Below are positions 11,634 through 24,000 of a stretch of 64,000 nucleotides of DNA, piece after piece. This DNA is from a virus. Its lineage: Duplodnaviria > Caudoviricetes. The notes under the pieces are model-generated. The model did not search any database. It saw only the letters and a list, made by a program, of their open reading frames with translations, and was not told the DNA's origin. Each line of letters starts with the position of its first letter. Positions within the stretch are counted from its first letter, which is position 1. Location: the IMG/VR virus record IMGVR_UViG_3300031949_001696. One strand, written 5' to 3'. Both the position numbers and the translations under genes were made by a program.

Positions 11634-14600
11634 CAACCGCCGCCCACTATCACGTGTGGTGTCTGTCGTGGGACGACGAGGAGGAGTACGGATCCGACGT
11701 CGTCGGCTACGACATCTTCTGCCACGACTTCAAGACCGAGAAGCGCGGCATCGTCTACGTCCCGAGCACCACGCTCTACGACGCGAAGGCTGCGGCGGAG
11801 GCATACGCCGACTACGCGTATAGACAACGCGACGGCTGGGAGTCGACCTGGCCGCTCGTGTTCCGCGTCCGTGGCTCGGATGGACAGGTCACAGACTTCG
11901 ATGTCGACTGCCAGCACGTCCCCGAGTTTTCTGCGTCGCCGCTCGAACGACCTGCCGACCTGTGCGCCGACTCATGCGAGCGCTGCGATGCTACGTGCCG
12001 ACAAGTCGAGGACGCCGTGCGTCGGGTCCCGTGCCCGAAGCACGGCACCACGCGCTGGCAGCGCGAGCTCGACGCGATCGCTGCGGGAGAGGCTCTGTGA
12101 AGCTGACGAAGGACATGACGAGGGGAGAGCGTGCGAAGACGGTACTCTTGCTCCGCTGCGCTGCCGAGGTCGCTGTCACGGGTGATCACGTCCTCGGGCC
12201 CAGTCGGCACACCGCACCGCGCCTGGGTCTCGACAAGCACGTGTGCGCTCTCGCGACTCGGGCCGTGAGGTACGTCGCGAGGGAGACGGGACGAGATCCC
12301 GACGCCGCAAACGATCTCGACGAGTACGTCAGCGTCGTGCTCGAAGCGGCGCAGTGCATCGAGGAGAGATCGTGGCCATGAAGAAGTCGAAGAAGATGAA
12401 GCCACGCCCCCTCGCGCCCAAGCAGCGCGAGGTGCTCGCTCGCTCCGCCGTCGGCGAAGATCGCCAGCTGCCCGCGCGCTACGATCCGGGACCGCCGCCG
12501 TTCATGCGACCGGCGATGCGCTGGTTCGTGCCGCCCGGGCTCGTGGTCCCTAGTGGATCGGTCGAGTATCAGGCTGCGCGAGCGCTAGCCGCGCGAGGGC
12601 TGCTCAAGCTTGGCAGTGTTCCGCCGTCGCCCGAGCTGCCGTACGGTCAGGGTGGGTACCTCATCACGAAGAAAGGAAAGTCGGCACTTCGATGAAGAGC
12701 TTACAGATCGACGGCAAAGTCATGGGCGTCATCCACGCCAAGAAGACCGAGGGTCAGTCGAGGATCTGGCTGACCGCGAAACCCGACGCGACGTGGTGGA
12801 TCGTGGTCGAGGGACCTGATCAGCGGATCCGCGAAGTAGGCTTCGTTCGACCTCCGCAGGAAGCGCGCGCTCGGGACACCTACGCTTCCTTGAGCAAGCC
12901 GCACGTGCTCGAAGCATTCCTGGAGGGGAAGGATTCTTGATGACCACTCCGCGCGAGTTCATTGACGATGAGTTCTCGTTCACCGTCTGGCCGAAGGACG
13001 GATCGGACGACGACGCGCTCGACGTTCACGCGCTAACTCCGAACCAGGCCGCCGAGCTGCGAGCGAAGACCGACTACACCGGCGATCCCGACTGGCGGGC
13101 CAGCTACTGCGTCCGCAACAACTTCACGGGGACGCTCTACGTGATCGACGTCGGTGTCGTTCCGCAGCCCTCGTTCGTGGCGCTCCTCGCGCGCGAGGTG
13201 CCCATACCGGCCGCTACCCACGTGCTGTGGGGAGGCCACGTCTTGTGCGAGGACAAGCGACTGCGCGGCGTCCCACGCGACTGGCCCCAAGATCAGCGCT
13301 GGATCTCGCTCCAGGATGTCGCCGACGGAACCGAGGTTCCAGCAAATCTTCAGTGCGAAGCGTGCTTCGCCAAGGCGCCCGGGCTCGTGGCCGGCATCCG
13401 CCAGATCGGAGTGAAGGCTCGATGAAGAAGGTCGCGAGGACCGCACGACTCGTCGTCGTCGAGAACTGTGTCGGCTGTCCGTTCTCGTACGAGTGCGACA
13501 ACGAATGGACGTGCACGACCGCGGAAGACGACGATGGTCATTACAAGACGATCATGCGTACGCAGAAGCGCCGCGGCGGACCGTGGCTGCCGCCACCGAA
13601 GTGGTGTCCCCTGCGCGCCGAGATCGTCGTCGTTACTCTCGGAGAAAAGGCAAGATCATGAAAACCGTCGACGTCGAGTGCTCCTGCTACGGCTGCACGA
13701 TCAAGCGCCAGCGCTTGGGCATCGTTCCGCCCGATCGCTCCGCCGAGCCGTGTCAACCACCGGGCGCATGCGCGAGCCACGGCCAGTGCTGGACCCACAG
13801 TGAGTGGGTCGATGAGGCGCGCTGTGATCCTCCGAACGCGTGCGTCACTGGATCGCACTGCGCGACGCATGCTGCACGCAAAGAGGTGTCGTGACCGAGT
13901 CGTACTCGCTACTCGACGACAACGACGGTCGTTGTGAGCAATGCAACGACCCGAAGACTGTCGAGCAAGTCCAACAGACGTATCCGATCAAGCCGCGGGG
14001 TGATTTGCAATGGGGGACGCTGTGGCTCTGTCCGCTTTGTCTGGCCAAGGCCAAGCTCCGCGATCAGGACAAGAATATCCCGGCGATCGCGAGCGCGACG
14101 CGGGGTGAGACCAAGCCACTTGTCCTCCAGGATGCAGGCTGGCGCGATGTCGCCGCCGACTTTCTCCGAATTGGCCGACTCAGCGAGGCCGTCGATCTCA
14201 TCCACCGCCACCTGAGCGATGGTTGGCTTAAGCTCGTGCCCGGAGACTTCATCTCTTTCGACGAGCAGGGCGTCTCTACGACGTTGAGAAACGACGGCCA
14301 GGTTACGGCGCGCATCAAGCTCGTCGTTCTTCATGACCTTCGGGACCCGATCACAGATGCGATTGCGGAAAGCAGGCCGCGTTATGAGTAATCCATTCTC
14401 CTGGTACCGCATGCTGTACTGGCGGTTCCGCTGGCACGTCTTCCCGCGTCGGCGCTACACCACGCGCTGTCAATACTGCGCCGCGATCACCGGCCGCACG
14501 ATGCACGTGTGGGCGACCGAAGACGTGTGCGCGAGCTGCGCCGCACCACTTCTGGAAATGGAGAGCGTGAACGGATGACCTACGATCAAATGCTCGACCA

Positions 14601-15164
14601 CTGCAAGAAGCTGCTCGCGGCGAATCAGCACGCGTACATCGATCCAGACACGCTCGCGATGGCCAAGTTCATCGTCGACACGCTCGGGGTGGTGTTCCCG
14701 TGCGGCTTCCCTGAGCCTCGCGTCGGAACCGCGCCTGACGGCAGCACGAACGTGATGATCGAGGACATCGTGTTCGGCACGCGTGACGAGGCTCTCGGTA
14801 TCGCCGTAGCGATCATTCGCCATGCTCTTGAGCTACCAGAGAACTAACCATGCTTATCCGGTTGACACCCAAGGACTGCAATGAAGACCAGATGGCAAGA
14901 CGGCAAGCGCTTCACCGTCCATGTTGAAGACTACAACGGGCATCGTTTTGAAGCGGTCGCCCGTGTTGTCGACGCTTTCAAGATCGGCAACGCAATCCGC
15001 GCGCAGTTGGAACTAGAGACTCCGTGCCCGCATGGAAACTGCTTCATCGGACGTGTGCGCGTAATGTCGCGACCCTCGCAGAGAGCGCATCCCATTCGAG
15101 TGCTTCGTAACGGGTGACAAACGGATAGGCACGGAACTAACTATCCACGACAAGGAGATCCGAC

Positions 15165-15491
15165 ATGCAGGAATTATCGCTCACCGTTCCGATCACGCTC
15201 TTTGGCGCCGCACAGCTCTTGCGCGACCGCGGCTGGACGACCCGTCAGATGGAGCATCCCGATGGGCGCATGTGCCTGGTCGGCGCGATCCAGCGCTACG
15301 TGGCGGAGAGCGGCATCAGCGATCCAGTTGTTGCGGATAATCTTGCCACCGACGCGGTCAACGCGGTCACTCGGATCCTCTGGGTGATCCGGTGCGACAA
15401 GCCTCATCCGACAGCATGGAACGATCGGTACTGTACTTCGGTCGAGGACGCGATCGACGTCCTTGAACGCGCGGCGCGGGTGGTGGCGTGA
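15165..15491 (+). CDS. Phage hypothetical protein (DUF6197-like)
   Basis: AAQLLRDRGW...GRMCLVGAI...AWND...DAIDVLERAA; SD AAGGAG upstream. Confidence 0.55.
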   Translation: MQELSLTVPITLFGAAQLLRDRGWTTRQMEHPDGRMCLVGAIQRYVAESGISDPVVADNLATDAVNAVTRILWVIRCDKPHPTAWNDRYCTSVEDAIDVLERAARVVA

Positions 15492-17143
15492 ACGCCGACG
15501 TCCGCCGCTCGTCCCAGGTCCTCGCGGCGCTCAACCACGCCGCGTACACCTTTCGTTCGTTCACGGCCGCGGACTGGCAAGACATGGCCAAGGAGTGTCA
15601 GCGCCAGGCCGACGAGCGTACGTGCGTTGACTGCGGCAAAGATGTTCTCACGGCGCGCCATGCCGTGAAAACGCAGTTGGAGACGCGTGAGCACCGGCGG
15701 CGCGATGATCGGTGGTCGTGTCGATGAGCGGCCCGAGCAAGAAAGCATTGGTCGGGCACCACCTGACGGAGGCGATCCGGCATCTCTACGCCGCCGCGGA
15801 GTTCGTGCGCGAGCTGGTCGATGACGATCCGAACGATCTGGCGATGACCCTCGTGCGCGCGGCCGAGACCGCTCGCGATGTCCGCGGCGAAGTCGAAGGA
15901 AGCTCGAAGTGAACATCCACGAAGAAGCCTTCCTCGCCGATCTGCGCCGCGCGCTCGCGGAGCGGACCGACTTGACCGAGCAGGAGCGCTATCTGATCAC
16001 GAACCAGATCGCCTTCGTCGAGGAAGGGACGATCGGACTGACAGGTCCTGATACGGCGAACGATTTCATCGAGCGCTACAGGAACCACTACCCCTGAGGT
16101 TTTTATGCCCCGCACGAAGAAGAGTAAGGAACTCACCGAGACACCACCGAGCTGCTCCGTCTGCGACGAGCGGCTCGCGGATGGATCGCTGTACGTGAGC
16201 TTCAGTCCGTTTGCCGAGCAGCGCGAGAGCTTGCGACCCCGCAAGTACGACGATCCGCCCGCGATGAATCGCGGCTGGTCGCTGCACCTGCCGATCTGCG
16301 GGCCATGCGTCCGCGCGTCGGTGTCAGTGTGCGTCAAGATGGAGCTGAAAAACGAGAAGGGAACGTGGGCCCACATATCGAGCGAGGTCCCGCGATGAGT
16401 GCTGATCCCGAGGAAAGGAAGCGCCTCTTAGCCAACGCAGGGATTGGCCCTTTGCCGATCGAGCGCATCGCCGAGATCGCCGCGCTACGTGGCTCGCAAG
16501 GCCGTGTTGTCTCGGCGTCGGAGATCGACGCGATGGCCTTCGAGCTTCTCGACGCTCGAGATGCGGCGAAGCGCGGCGAAGGCGGCTCGATACCGATGCG
16601 GCTGCCCTGTCCTGAATGCGGCACGTTGCATATCGATGAGGGCGAGTTCGCGACGAAAAGTCACCATACGCATGCATGTCAAAACTGCGGGATGGTTTGG
16701 CGACCTGCGGTCGTCCCGACCGTCGGCGTCCGCTTTCTCCCCGGTTTCAAGAGCGAGGTCTAGATGACTTTCAAGATCGACCTGCGGCCCGGGACGAAGC
16801 TCTCGGAGCACTTCACCAATCGTCGTGACTGCTACAAGGTCGTCGAGGTCGACAACGTCCTCGGCTACGTCGTGTCGGGCGGAGGGCGCGATAGCGCCGC
16901 GCACATCTATCCATTGTATCACGCCGACATTCACATCAAGGCCGGGAAGACGTGGCGTCTCGTGTCGTCGTACGAGCAGGGAGATCGATTCAACGCCTTC
17001 ACGTTCCACACCGACTACGAAGGCTGCACGTTCGCCTCGATTGCTTCCCAGGCGATCCGGGCACTCGAAGACCGGCGTCACGTACGCGAGCTCTCGAAGA
17101 AAGCCGCGGCAGCGAAGCGTCCTCGACGAAAGGCGCGCGGGTG

Positions 17144-17420
17144 ATGAGCGCTTCAGCGATCATCGAACAACAGGCCGAGATGCTTCCGTTCGTCGCGGCT
17201 AAGCAGATGGCAGTCGCCGCGTTCGAGCGCGAATATCTTTCACGCGCGCTGACGCTGGCGAACGGATCGGTGACCGACGCTGCTCGCATGACAGGTCTCG
17301 ATCGTGCGAATCTTCGGAAACTGCTCATTCGCAATGGCCTCCGCGCGCCTGGACGAAACACGCGAGAGTTCGCGAAGAAGGCCGCGAAAGCGTCCTCGAC
17401 GAAAGGCACGCAAGCAATGA
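17144..17420 (+). CDS. Stand-alone Fis-type HTH resembling the C-terminus of sigma54 enhancer-binding proteins
   Basis: FVAAKQMAVAAFEREYLSRALTLANGSVTDAARMTGLDRANLRKLL. As assembled it reads through into the XRE gene; removing one A near 17387 gives a ...KRPRRKARKQ* end at 17420. Confidence 0.7.
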
Positions 17421-17737
17421 CGGTATTGAACCGGTCGCGAAGGGCGCGCGAGAGCGCCGGGCTCGGCGTCGGCCAGGCCGCGCGTCTGCTCGGCGTGACG
17501 ATCGACCAGCTCCGCCGTGTCGAAGAGAACGACAGCGCGTACGCGGACGCGTATCCCCCGCGACTCGCGGATCTGTACGGCGTGAACGTCGACTGGCTCT
17601 CCGGTCGCAGCGAGTTGCGTGACTACGAACCCTTGCGGAATCTTCAAGGTGCGGACGAGTTGTCGTTCTGCGATCGCGACATGCTCGCCGAGCTGTACGC
17701 TTCACTGCCTCGAAAGGGCAAAGGCTTGGGGCGCTGA
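17417..17737 (+). CDS. XRE-family HTH regulator
   Basis: RRARESAGLGVGQAARLLGVTIDQLRRVE...RLADLYGVNVDWLSG. Confidence 0.8.
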   Translation: MTVLNRSRRARESAGLGVGQAARLLGVTIDQLRRVEENDSAYADAYPPRLADLYGVNVDWLSGRSELRDYEPLRNLQGADELSFCDRDMLAELYASLPRKGKGLGR

Positions 17738-18138
17738 GCCGCAATTCGGGAGGTATGCATGACCGAACCTGTGAAGAGTCCCGTTCCCTTGCAAGCCGTC
17801 GTGACCGTGATGTGCGATGTGCTCGCTGAACTTCAAATGGATGACCAGGCACGCGCTCTCGAAGCTGTGCGGATCACGCTTGGAATCTTCCCGAGACATC
17901 GAGTTGGACTTGCACCGGAGACGAGCGGACCCAGATCGGCCTTCGAGAGGATGTCGGAAATTAGGGAGCTTCCCCTAGCGAACGCTGGCGTTCGAGGCGC
18001 TGAAGATTCCCAGATGGAAATCGTCGCTGAATTTTGCCGGTCGCTGCGTCCTGAACAGGTGCAGGTGCTCACGCAGACATTAGATATGGCCCAGAAAATC
18101 ATGTTCATGGAGATCGTAAACTTTTTGAGGCCGCCCAC

Positions 18139-18861
18139 ATGAACCGTATCGTCGACGTCTTCGGCTCCTTTCACGTGCTGTTGCCGGTCATCCATCCGGT
18201 CAGCCGCGACGTGGCACTCACGAGCATTCGTACGGTTCACGACGCCGGTGTGAAGGGCGTGTGGCTGATCGATCAAGGCATGCGCGAGCGCGATGTTCTC
18301 GCGCTCGTACGCGAAGTCCGCACGCTCTATCCGGCGCTGTGGATCGGCGTGAACCTCTTGTCACGCATGCCCGCCGCCGCGCTCAAGACGGCGCTCGCGG
18401 CGGACGTTCGCGTCGACGGCATCTGGTCCGACGACGCCGGTATGGACGCGCGCGAAGCGCCGTCGTACCCACGGGCAGAGGCGATGCTCGGTTGGCGCCG
18501 CGAGGCGTGCTGGGAAGGTCTCTACTTCGGCGGTGTCGCGTTCAAGTACCAGCGCGAAGTAGCGCCTGAGGACCTCGGACCCGCGGCCACCGCCGCCGCG
18601 CCGTACGTCGACGTGCTCTGTACGAGCGGCCCGGGCACGGGACACGCGGCCGGCATCGAGAAGATCCGGGCACTGCGCACGGGGCTCGGCGATCACGCGA
18701 TGGCCCTCGCTTCTGGGGTCACTGCCGAGAACGTGCGCAGCTACATGCCGTACGTGCAGGCGTTTCTCGTCGGCACGGGGCTCGAGTCGCGGCTCGGCGT
18801 GATCGATCCTGGCAAGCTCGAAGTGCTGACGCGCGCGATGAGCACGTTCACGGTCTCGTGA
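18139..18861 (+). CDS. BtpA/SgcQ-like TIM-barrel protein
   Basis: LLPVIH, IGVNLL, FGGVAFKYQ, DVLCTSGPGTG, ALASGVTAENV, AFLVGT. Confidence 0.7.
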   Translation: MNRIVDVFGSFHVLLPVIHPVSRDVALTSIRTVHDAGVKGVWLIDQGMRERDVLALVREVRTLYPALWIGVNLLSRMPAAALKTALAADVRVDGIWSDDAGMDAREAPSYPRAEAMLGWRREACWEGLYFGGVAFKYQREVAPEDLGPAATAAAPYVDVLCTSGPGTGHAAGIEKIRALRTGLGDHAMALASGVTAENVRSYMPYVQAFLVGTGLESRLGVIDPGKLEVLTRAMSTFTVS

Positions 18862-19132
18862 TCGACGAGGAGCCGTCTCGTCGCCCCGTCAGGAGCATCC
18901 CGCCCAAGAATGCGATCGAGTCTCCGACGTGGTTGCGCATCGACGTGTCTCGATGCTCGACGGGGAAGATCTTGCCTTCCACCATCTCGTAGAGTGTGTG
19001 GACGGCCATGCCGGTCCAGAAGCGGCGCGGGAAGACGGCGCCCCACAGCGCGCCGGTCGTGATGTGGAGGATGGTCCACTCGTTGAAGAACTGCGGGCCG
19101 GGCGTCTCGTGAAACCAAGGCAGCTTCTTCAT
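18848..19132 (-). CDS. Small membrane protein with H/E/N/D motifs (possible metal-dependent hydrolase)
   Basis: WTILHITTG...HTLYEMVE...NHVGD within hydrophobic segments; TATGAT lies 6 nt upstream of the ATG. Confidence 0.55.
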   Translation of the reverse strand: MKKLPWFHETPGPQFFNEWTILHITTGALWGAVFPRRFWTGMAVHTLYEMVEGKIFPVEHRDTSMRNHVGDSIAFLGGMLLTGRRDGSSSITRP

Positions 19133-19156
19133 GATGCGATCATAGCGCGAAGGTCG

Positions 19157-19510
19157 TCACCGCTGTGCAAGTGCCCGTTGCAAGAGCAGCGAGCACTCTG
19201 GTGTCCAGACGCCGTGCTCCCGGACGTAGTGCTCGGCCTTCTCAGGCCACACGAACCCGAACGCGGTGAGATCTCCTGTTCCGAGCTGGGCGCCGCAGAT
19301 CCGGCAGTTCGCCCAGCCCATCGCGCCGGTGCCTGGGTGCGCGTCCTGACCGTTCTGGAGAAGAAACGCGACTTGCTGGCGAGCTAGGTCAGGCACGTCG
19401 CGCCGGACGTGATCGTGCGGCCTCTCGCCAGGGGCGCCGCCCCAATACAGCATGCGGCGCAGATGCGGCGACGCTGGATAAGCCGGGTAAGCCGGATCAG
19501 ACGTTTTCAT
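19157..19510 (-). CDS. Hypothetical metal-binding protein
   Basis: GWANCRICG...WPEKAEHYVREHGV; TATGAT lies 6 nt upstream of the ATG. Confidence 0.6.
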   Translation of the reverse strand: MKTSDPAYPAYPASPHLRRMLYWGGAPGERPHDHVRRDVPDLARQQVAFLLQNGQDAHPGTGAMGWANCRICGAQLGTGDLTAFGFVWPEKAEHYVREHGVWTPECSLLLQRALAQR

Positions 19511-19608
19511 GGACGGATCATAGCGTGGCAGCGGGAGTCGAGATCTCGCCGAGCGGCCATGAACAAACAGGCTGGACAGAATGTGAACACACGGTGTACA
19601 CAAGTCAC

Positions 19609-19794
19609 GTGGCCCGCCAGCGCTCGACGGCAGATCTTCACATTCGACTTCCACCTAGAGAGTTACGGGCCTGGAAGGCGGCGGCGCGTCGCAATAACGA
19701 GACGCTGACCGAGTGGATGCGCTCTCAACTCAACTCGGTTGCAGCGTCTTCAACCGCGTTGGCCGCCGCCGCAAATCCAGAGAGCGCGCGGTGA
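19609..19794 (+). CDS. Ribbon-helix-helix DNA-binding protein
   Basis: DLHIRL-PPRELRAWKAAARR-TLTEWMRSQL. Confidence 0.7.
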   Translation: MARQRSTADLHIRLPPRELRAWKAAARRNNETLTEWMRSQLNSVAASSTALAAAANPESAR

Positions 19795-20041
19795 CCCGCT
19801 ACACCTTCGAGGAGGTGTGCGCCGCGCTCCACGAGTATTGGGGGCTGGCGCTTCACCGTGGCAGCCGCGACAGAGCCGACGGTCCTCGTGACGGTCGTTG
19901 GGACACCTATCACAGCACGACCGGATTCATCGTCGGTGGTCAACTACCTCGCCGCGGCTATGGCCACCAGCGGTATCGATCTCTCGTCGACGTGGTGGAC
20001 GCCTGGGAATTGGAGAAAGTTCTCATGGAAGTGCGCTGCTG

Positions 20042-20284
20042 ATGGCCACGCCACTCTACGAGGCCGACAAGTACACGTATCGCGTGCTGTGGTCCGAGGA
20101 GGATCATCAGTACGTCGGCGTGTGCACGGAGTTTCCGTCGCTGAGTCATTTGGACAACGGACACGACGACGCGCTCGCCGGCATCGTCGCGCTCGTTCGC
20201 GACGTGCTCGCGGACATCGTTGCGAAGAAAAACGAGCCCCCTGTGCCGCTCGCGATCCAGCGTTTCAAGAAGGACGCTCGATGA
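20042..20284 (+). CDS. HicB-like antitoxin N-terminal domain, orphan and truncated
   Basis: KYTYRVLWSEEDHQYVGVCTEFPSLSHL...DALAGIVALVRDVLADI...EPPVPLA; ends where the RHH domain normally begins. No hicA is adjacent. Confidence 0.75.
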   Translation: MATPLYEADKYTYRVLWSEEDHQYVGVCTEFPSLSHLDNGHDDALAGIVALVRDVLADIVAKKNEPPVPLAIQRFKKDAR

Positions 20285-20533
20285 CGCGCCTTCTGACAAG
20301 AGAAGCGTCGCCAGGAGACGGCGAAAGACTGATGTGCACACGCGCCGTCGATCTCTCGCGCGAGCTGGTGGGTGTCCGCTGGCATCCGCGGCCTCAGCAG
20401 GAGACGTCGTGGGGCATCGTGTGCGCCTTTCTTGGCGTGCCGTGCGAGTTCGGCCGCGACTGCACGTACCCGGGACTCGGCTGGCGCTGCGGTCATCTGA
20501 GGGCTCGATGAAGGTCGGCGTGAAAGGTCGGAA

Positions 20534-21034
20534 GTGATGACCGCGCAGGATTACCAGTACGAGCAATACCTTCGCGCGCAGACGCGCGAGAAGGGTGCGA
20601 GGGACGCTGCTCAAATTCTGGCGGACTTCTACGAGCAGCTCGGGCAGCCGTCGCGGGCGGCGCTGTGGCGAGGGGCTACACGCGTGTACGCGCGGCGAAA
20701 AGTCCCCGCTGATCTGGTTGTCCAGGATCCGCAGTGGCAGCGCAAGGTGATGATGTGGCTCTTGGGTCATGTCACGAGCTACGCGAACGTCTCTCGCGCC
20801 TTCCGGTCGACCTACCTAGGCCACGATGTCGAGCAGAAGATCTGCTCGACCGCGAACGACGAGCGTCATCATCCAACGATGGCTGCAACGCTCCGCCTAC
20901 AAGCAGCCGGCGCGCTGCCCAAACCGTACGTGCAAGGCTCCTTTACGCTCGGTGAGTGCCCACCAGATCACTGGCCACACACGCGACTTCCACGCGACTG
21001 GCGGGCCCGCGATCAGAGGGAGTGGGCACGATGA
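20534..21034 (+). CDS. Hypothetical protein, paralog of 5370..6008
   Basis: ILADFYEQLGQPSRAALWR, PTMAATLRLQAAGALP, FTLGECPPDHWP. Confidence 0.6.
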   Translation: MMTAQDYQYEQYLRAQTREKGARDAAQILADFYEQLGQPSRAALWRGATRVYARRKVPADLVVQDPQWQRKVMMWLLGHVTSYANVSRAFRSTYLGHDVEQKICSTANDERHHPTMAATLRLQAAGALPKPYVQGSFTLGECPPDHWPHTRLPRDWRARDQREWAR

Positions 21035-24000
21035 AGAAGACACATTGGCTGTACGGACGCGGTCCCGACAAGATTCTCGACTTCAAGAAAGAGATCGACG
21101 AGGAGAGTGATTGCTCGAAGTGTATCCATCGCGAGGTGTGCAGCTTCGACATGAGCAAGCGATGCGAGAACTATACGTGGGGGACGTCCGAACATGCGTC
21201 GACGAGCTGTCACAGCTGCTCGCGTAGGTTCACGCGTTTCGACGAGCACAAGGTTCCCTGCTTCACGTGTCCTTGGTTCGAGGCGCGAAAAGAGGATGCG
21301 GTGGCCAAAGACGGTGCACAGTGACAGAGCAGGTGTTGCTCCGTGAGCGGCTCGCCGCCATCGCTCGTCGCGGTCGTGTTCCGCTCGCCAGGGTCGTCGA
21401 GGAGCACTTCGAACGATCCGCGATCCGCGAGTATCTCGGCGAGCTGCCGCGCGAAGAGGCGGAGGCCGCGGCGGTGGACGACACGCGCGACGTGCTGGGG
21501 GTGCCTCGGTGAGCGATCAGCCACAGCCCCAGGTGGAGCTGGTCGGGCGTCAGTTCCGCCTGCGCCGCGATCACCACCCCAAGACGCGCGGACGCATCGC
21601 TGTCGTCCTGGATGTCCGCCCATCGCGTAGCACGGGCTGCGGTGTCCGCCTGACGTATCGCTACGAGGACTCTCCTCCGAAGGCGACGCGCCGAGTCTCG
21701 CAGCGCTGGTTTCTGGAGAGCTTCACGCCGATCGTTGAAACAATCGACGAAACGCCCGTGGAGGCACAGTGACTGCCCGTGGTCCCGGATCGAAGACGGT
21801 GCCGCGCCCACGCAGCAAGAAGAGCGAGCTGGACGGGCCCATGCGCGACGTGGTCTACATCTTCGAGGGCGAGGGCAATCGCGGCGGCGGACACTGGCGT
21901 CTCGTCCTCGAGTGCGGGCACTTCGTCGCACGCAAGCGCTACGTGCCTCGGAAGGACACGGCGCTGGTGCACATGATGTTCCGGCCCTTGTCCGAGAAGC
22001 TCGCGCCCAAGCGCGTGCAGTGCCACTACTGCGGATCTGGTTCTCCGAAGCAAGATCCGTGGATCATGGTCAAGGCGCTCGGTGGAGAGGTACCGTGAAG
22101 ATCTTGACAGAGCTGACGCCGTCCGGTGACCTCGTAATTAAGAACTACTACGGCGGCATCACCCAGGATGTGCTGCGTGTCGAGCATTTCCTCGTCGGTG
22201 ATCTCATCCAATCCCTACGCTCGACGCTGTCGGATCGTTATCAGGAATCGATCGAGCACACGAAGCTCGCGCTCGCGTCGTCCCTGCGCCCCGATGTCCT
22301 GGCGACCGTCCGGGACGCGTTCTTGAGCGGTAATGACGTCGAGGCCCTCGCGTTGCTCTCGCACGAGCTGGGGCTCGTCAAAGTCGCATCGCCGCACCCG
22401 GAGTACCGACCGCTCCAGGTCGGTGATCCCGTCGTCGTGATCGCCTACGGCAGGATCCGCAGCTTGGCTGCCGTCGTGAACATCGACGACACGACCCTCT
22501 GTCGCGCACCCTATGTCATCGGACTGTTCAGCGGTGGCCTCGGATACGACGGTCCCAACTGGGATCCTGGTGCCGACGCGTCGGACTACCGCAGCTTCGA
22601 CGCGATGGCCGACGAGGTTCGCTACTGCGATCCACCAGCGCACCTCGAAGAGCGCGCCCGTAAGGACGACGAGGAGGATCCGCGACCATGAAGATTGGGG
22701 TCTATGTCACCGTCGATCATTTCGGCAAGGCGCCGCTGGCCTCACGCCCGCTCTGTCAGGGCTGCACGCCACCTTCCGTCGACGGGCGATCGGAGTCCGC
22801 GATCGTCCCTGAGCGTGCCGAGTACCAGGTCGTCGGCGCCTCGGGCACCCTCGCGCTCTGCCGCGACTGCGCGATCCACGCGATCAAGTCGCTCGCCGCG
22901 CGCTTCATGCTGTTCGACCCGAGCGCGACGCGCGATCTCATGAGCTTCTTCGCGGCCGAAGCGGGCAAGAAGCGACCCGCTGCCCGCAAGAAGCGACGCG
23001 CGCCCAAGCGCGTGATCGACGTCGCCGCGCCGCTCCTCCTGGAAGAGAAGAAAAGGTCCTCGTGACCATGGACCTCGCCGTCCTCCGCGATCGCCTACGC
23101 GCGGAGCTGTCCCAGCTCACGTACGAGATGGTGGAGCTGATGCACCCAGAGACCCGTGCTCAGCACGCCGCGCTGTCGATCGAGTCGTCCGAGCGCGTGA
23201 AGGACCACGTCTATCGGATGACGATCGCGGTCATCGACGGCGAGGTCAACTTCTTCGTGCACGTGCACGGCGCCAGCAAGGACTTCACCACGCAGGGAAC
23301 GCAGCGCTTTCGCAAGGTATGCACGAGTCTCGACGAGGTGTTCACCATCGTGCGCAGCTGCTGGACGGGAAGGGCGCCCTCGTGAACCTCCCGGCCGCTC
23401 TCCGCAAGGCGCTCGCCGTCGTCCGCGACGAGAAGCGCGCGGCGTACCTTCAGAGTTCCTCATCGCGCTACCGGTTGATCCCGGAGCAGCACCACCGGTT
23501 CGGAGTCGACGACAGCCTTTGCGACAAGTGGAGCCGCGCGTGATGCCCAAGATTTTCGCGCGCAGGTGCCACGCGACGTGGCTGCTCGTGAACGGACGTG
23601 CTGCGCTGGGCACGATCGGACTTGCGGTGCTCACTTTCGGTGGCCGGAAGTGAGCTGCCCGCGCGGCCCGCGCACCATTATCACCGAGAGAGATGTGCAC
23701 CGCATGGCCCAACGCTACCGGATCGCCATGAAGAAGACGAACAGACAACTCGACGCGGAGAGCCCGATGACACTACCGAAGAAAGAAGCGGAAGCTGCGA
23801 CGGCCGATGACCTCTCGCTCGAGCAGCTAACGGACCTGGTGGGCGAGGCAAGTGGCTGGAACGACCGCGCGAACATCACGTTCCGGCGCGAAATCGATCG
23901 GTCCAGGGTGCCGCACCGATCCTACGTCGCGGTGAGCGTCGAGATCTGCGGCGGCAAGGCGTCGGTGAGTGCGGGCGGTGCTGATCATCGTAAGGCGCTC

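Noticed and set aside
16952-17737. A genuine Fis-XRE fusion protein
   Set aside because: The upstream repeat copy implies a 1-nt insertion, and correcting it gives a stop overlapping the XRE ATG. Not fully excluded.
23809-23830. Possible self-targeting: CTCTCGCTCGAGC shared with the duplicated spacer
   Set aside because: Only ~13 nt in GC-rich DNA. No full-length spacer match was noticed by eye, but an exhaustive alignment was not possible.
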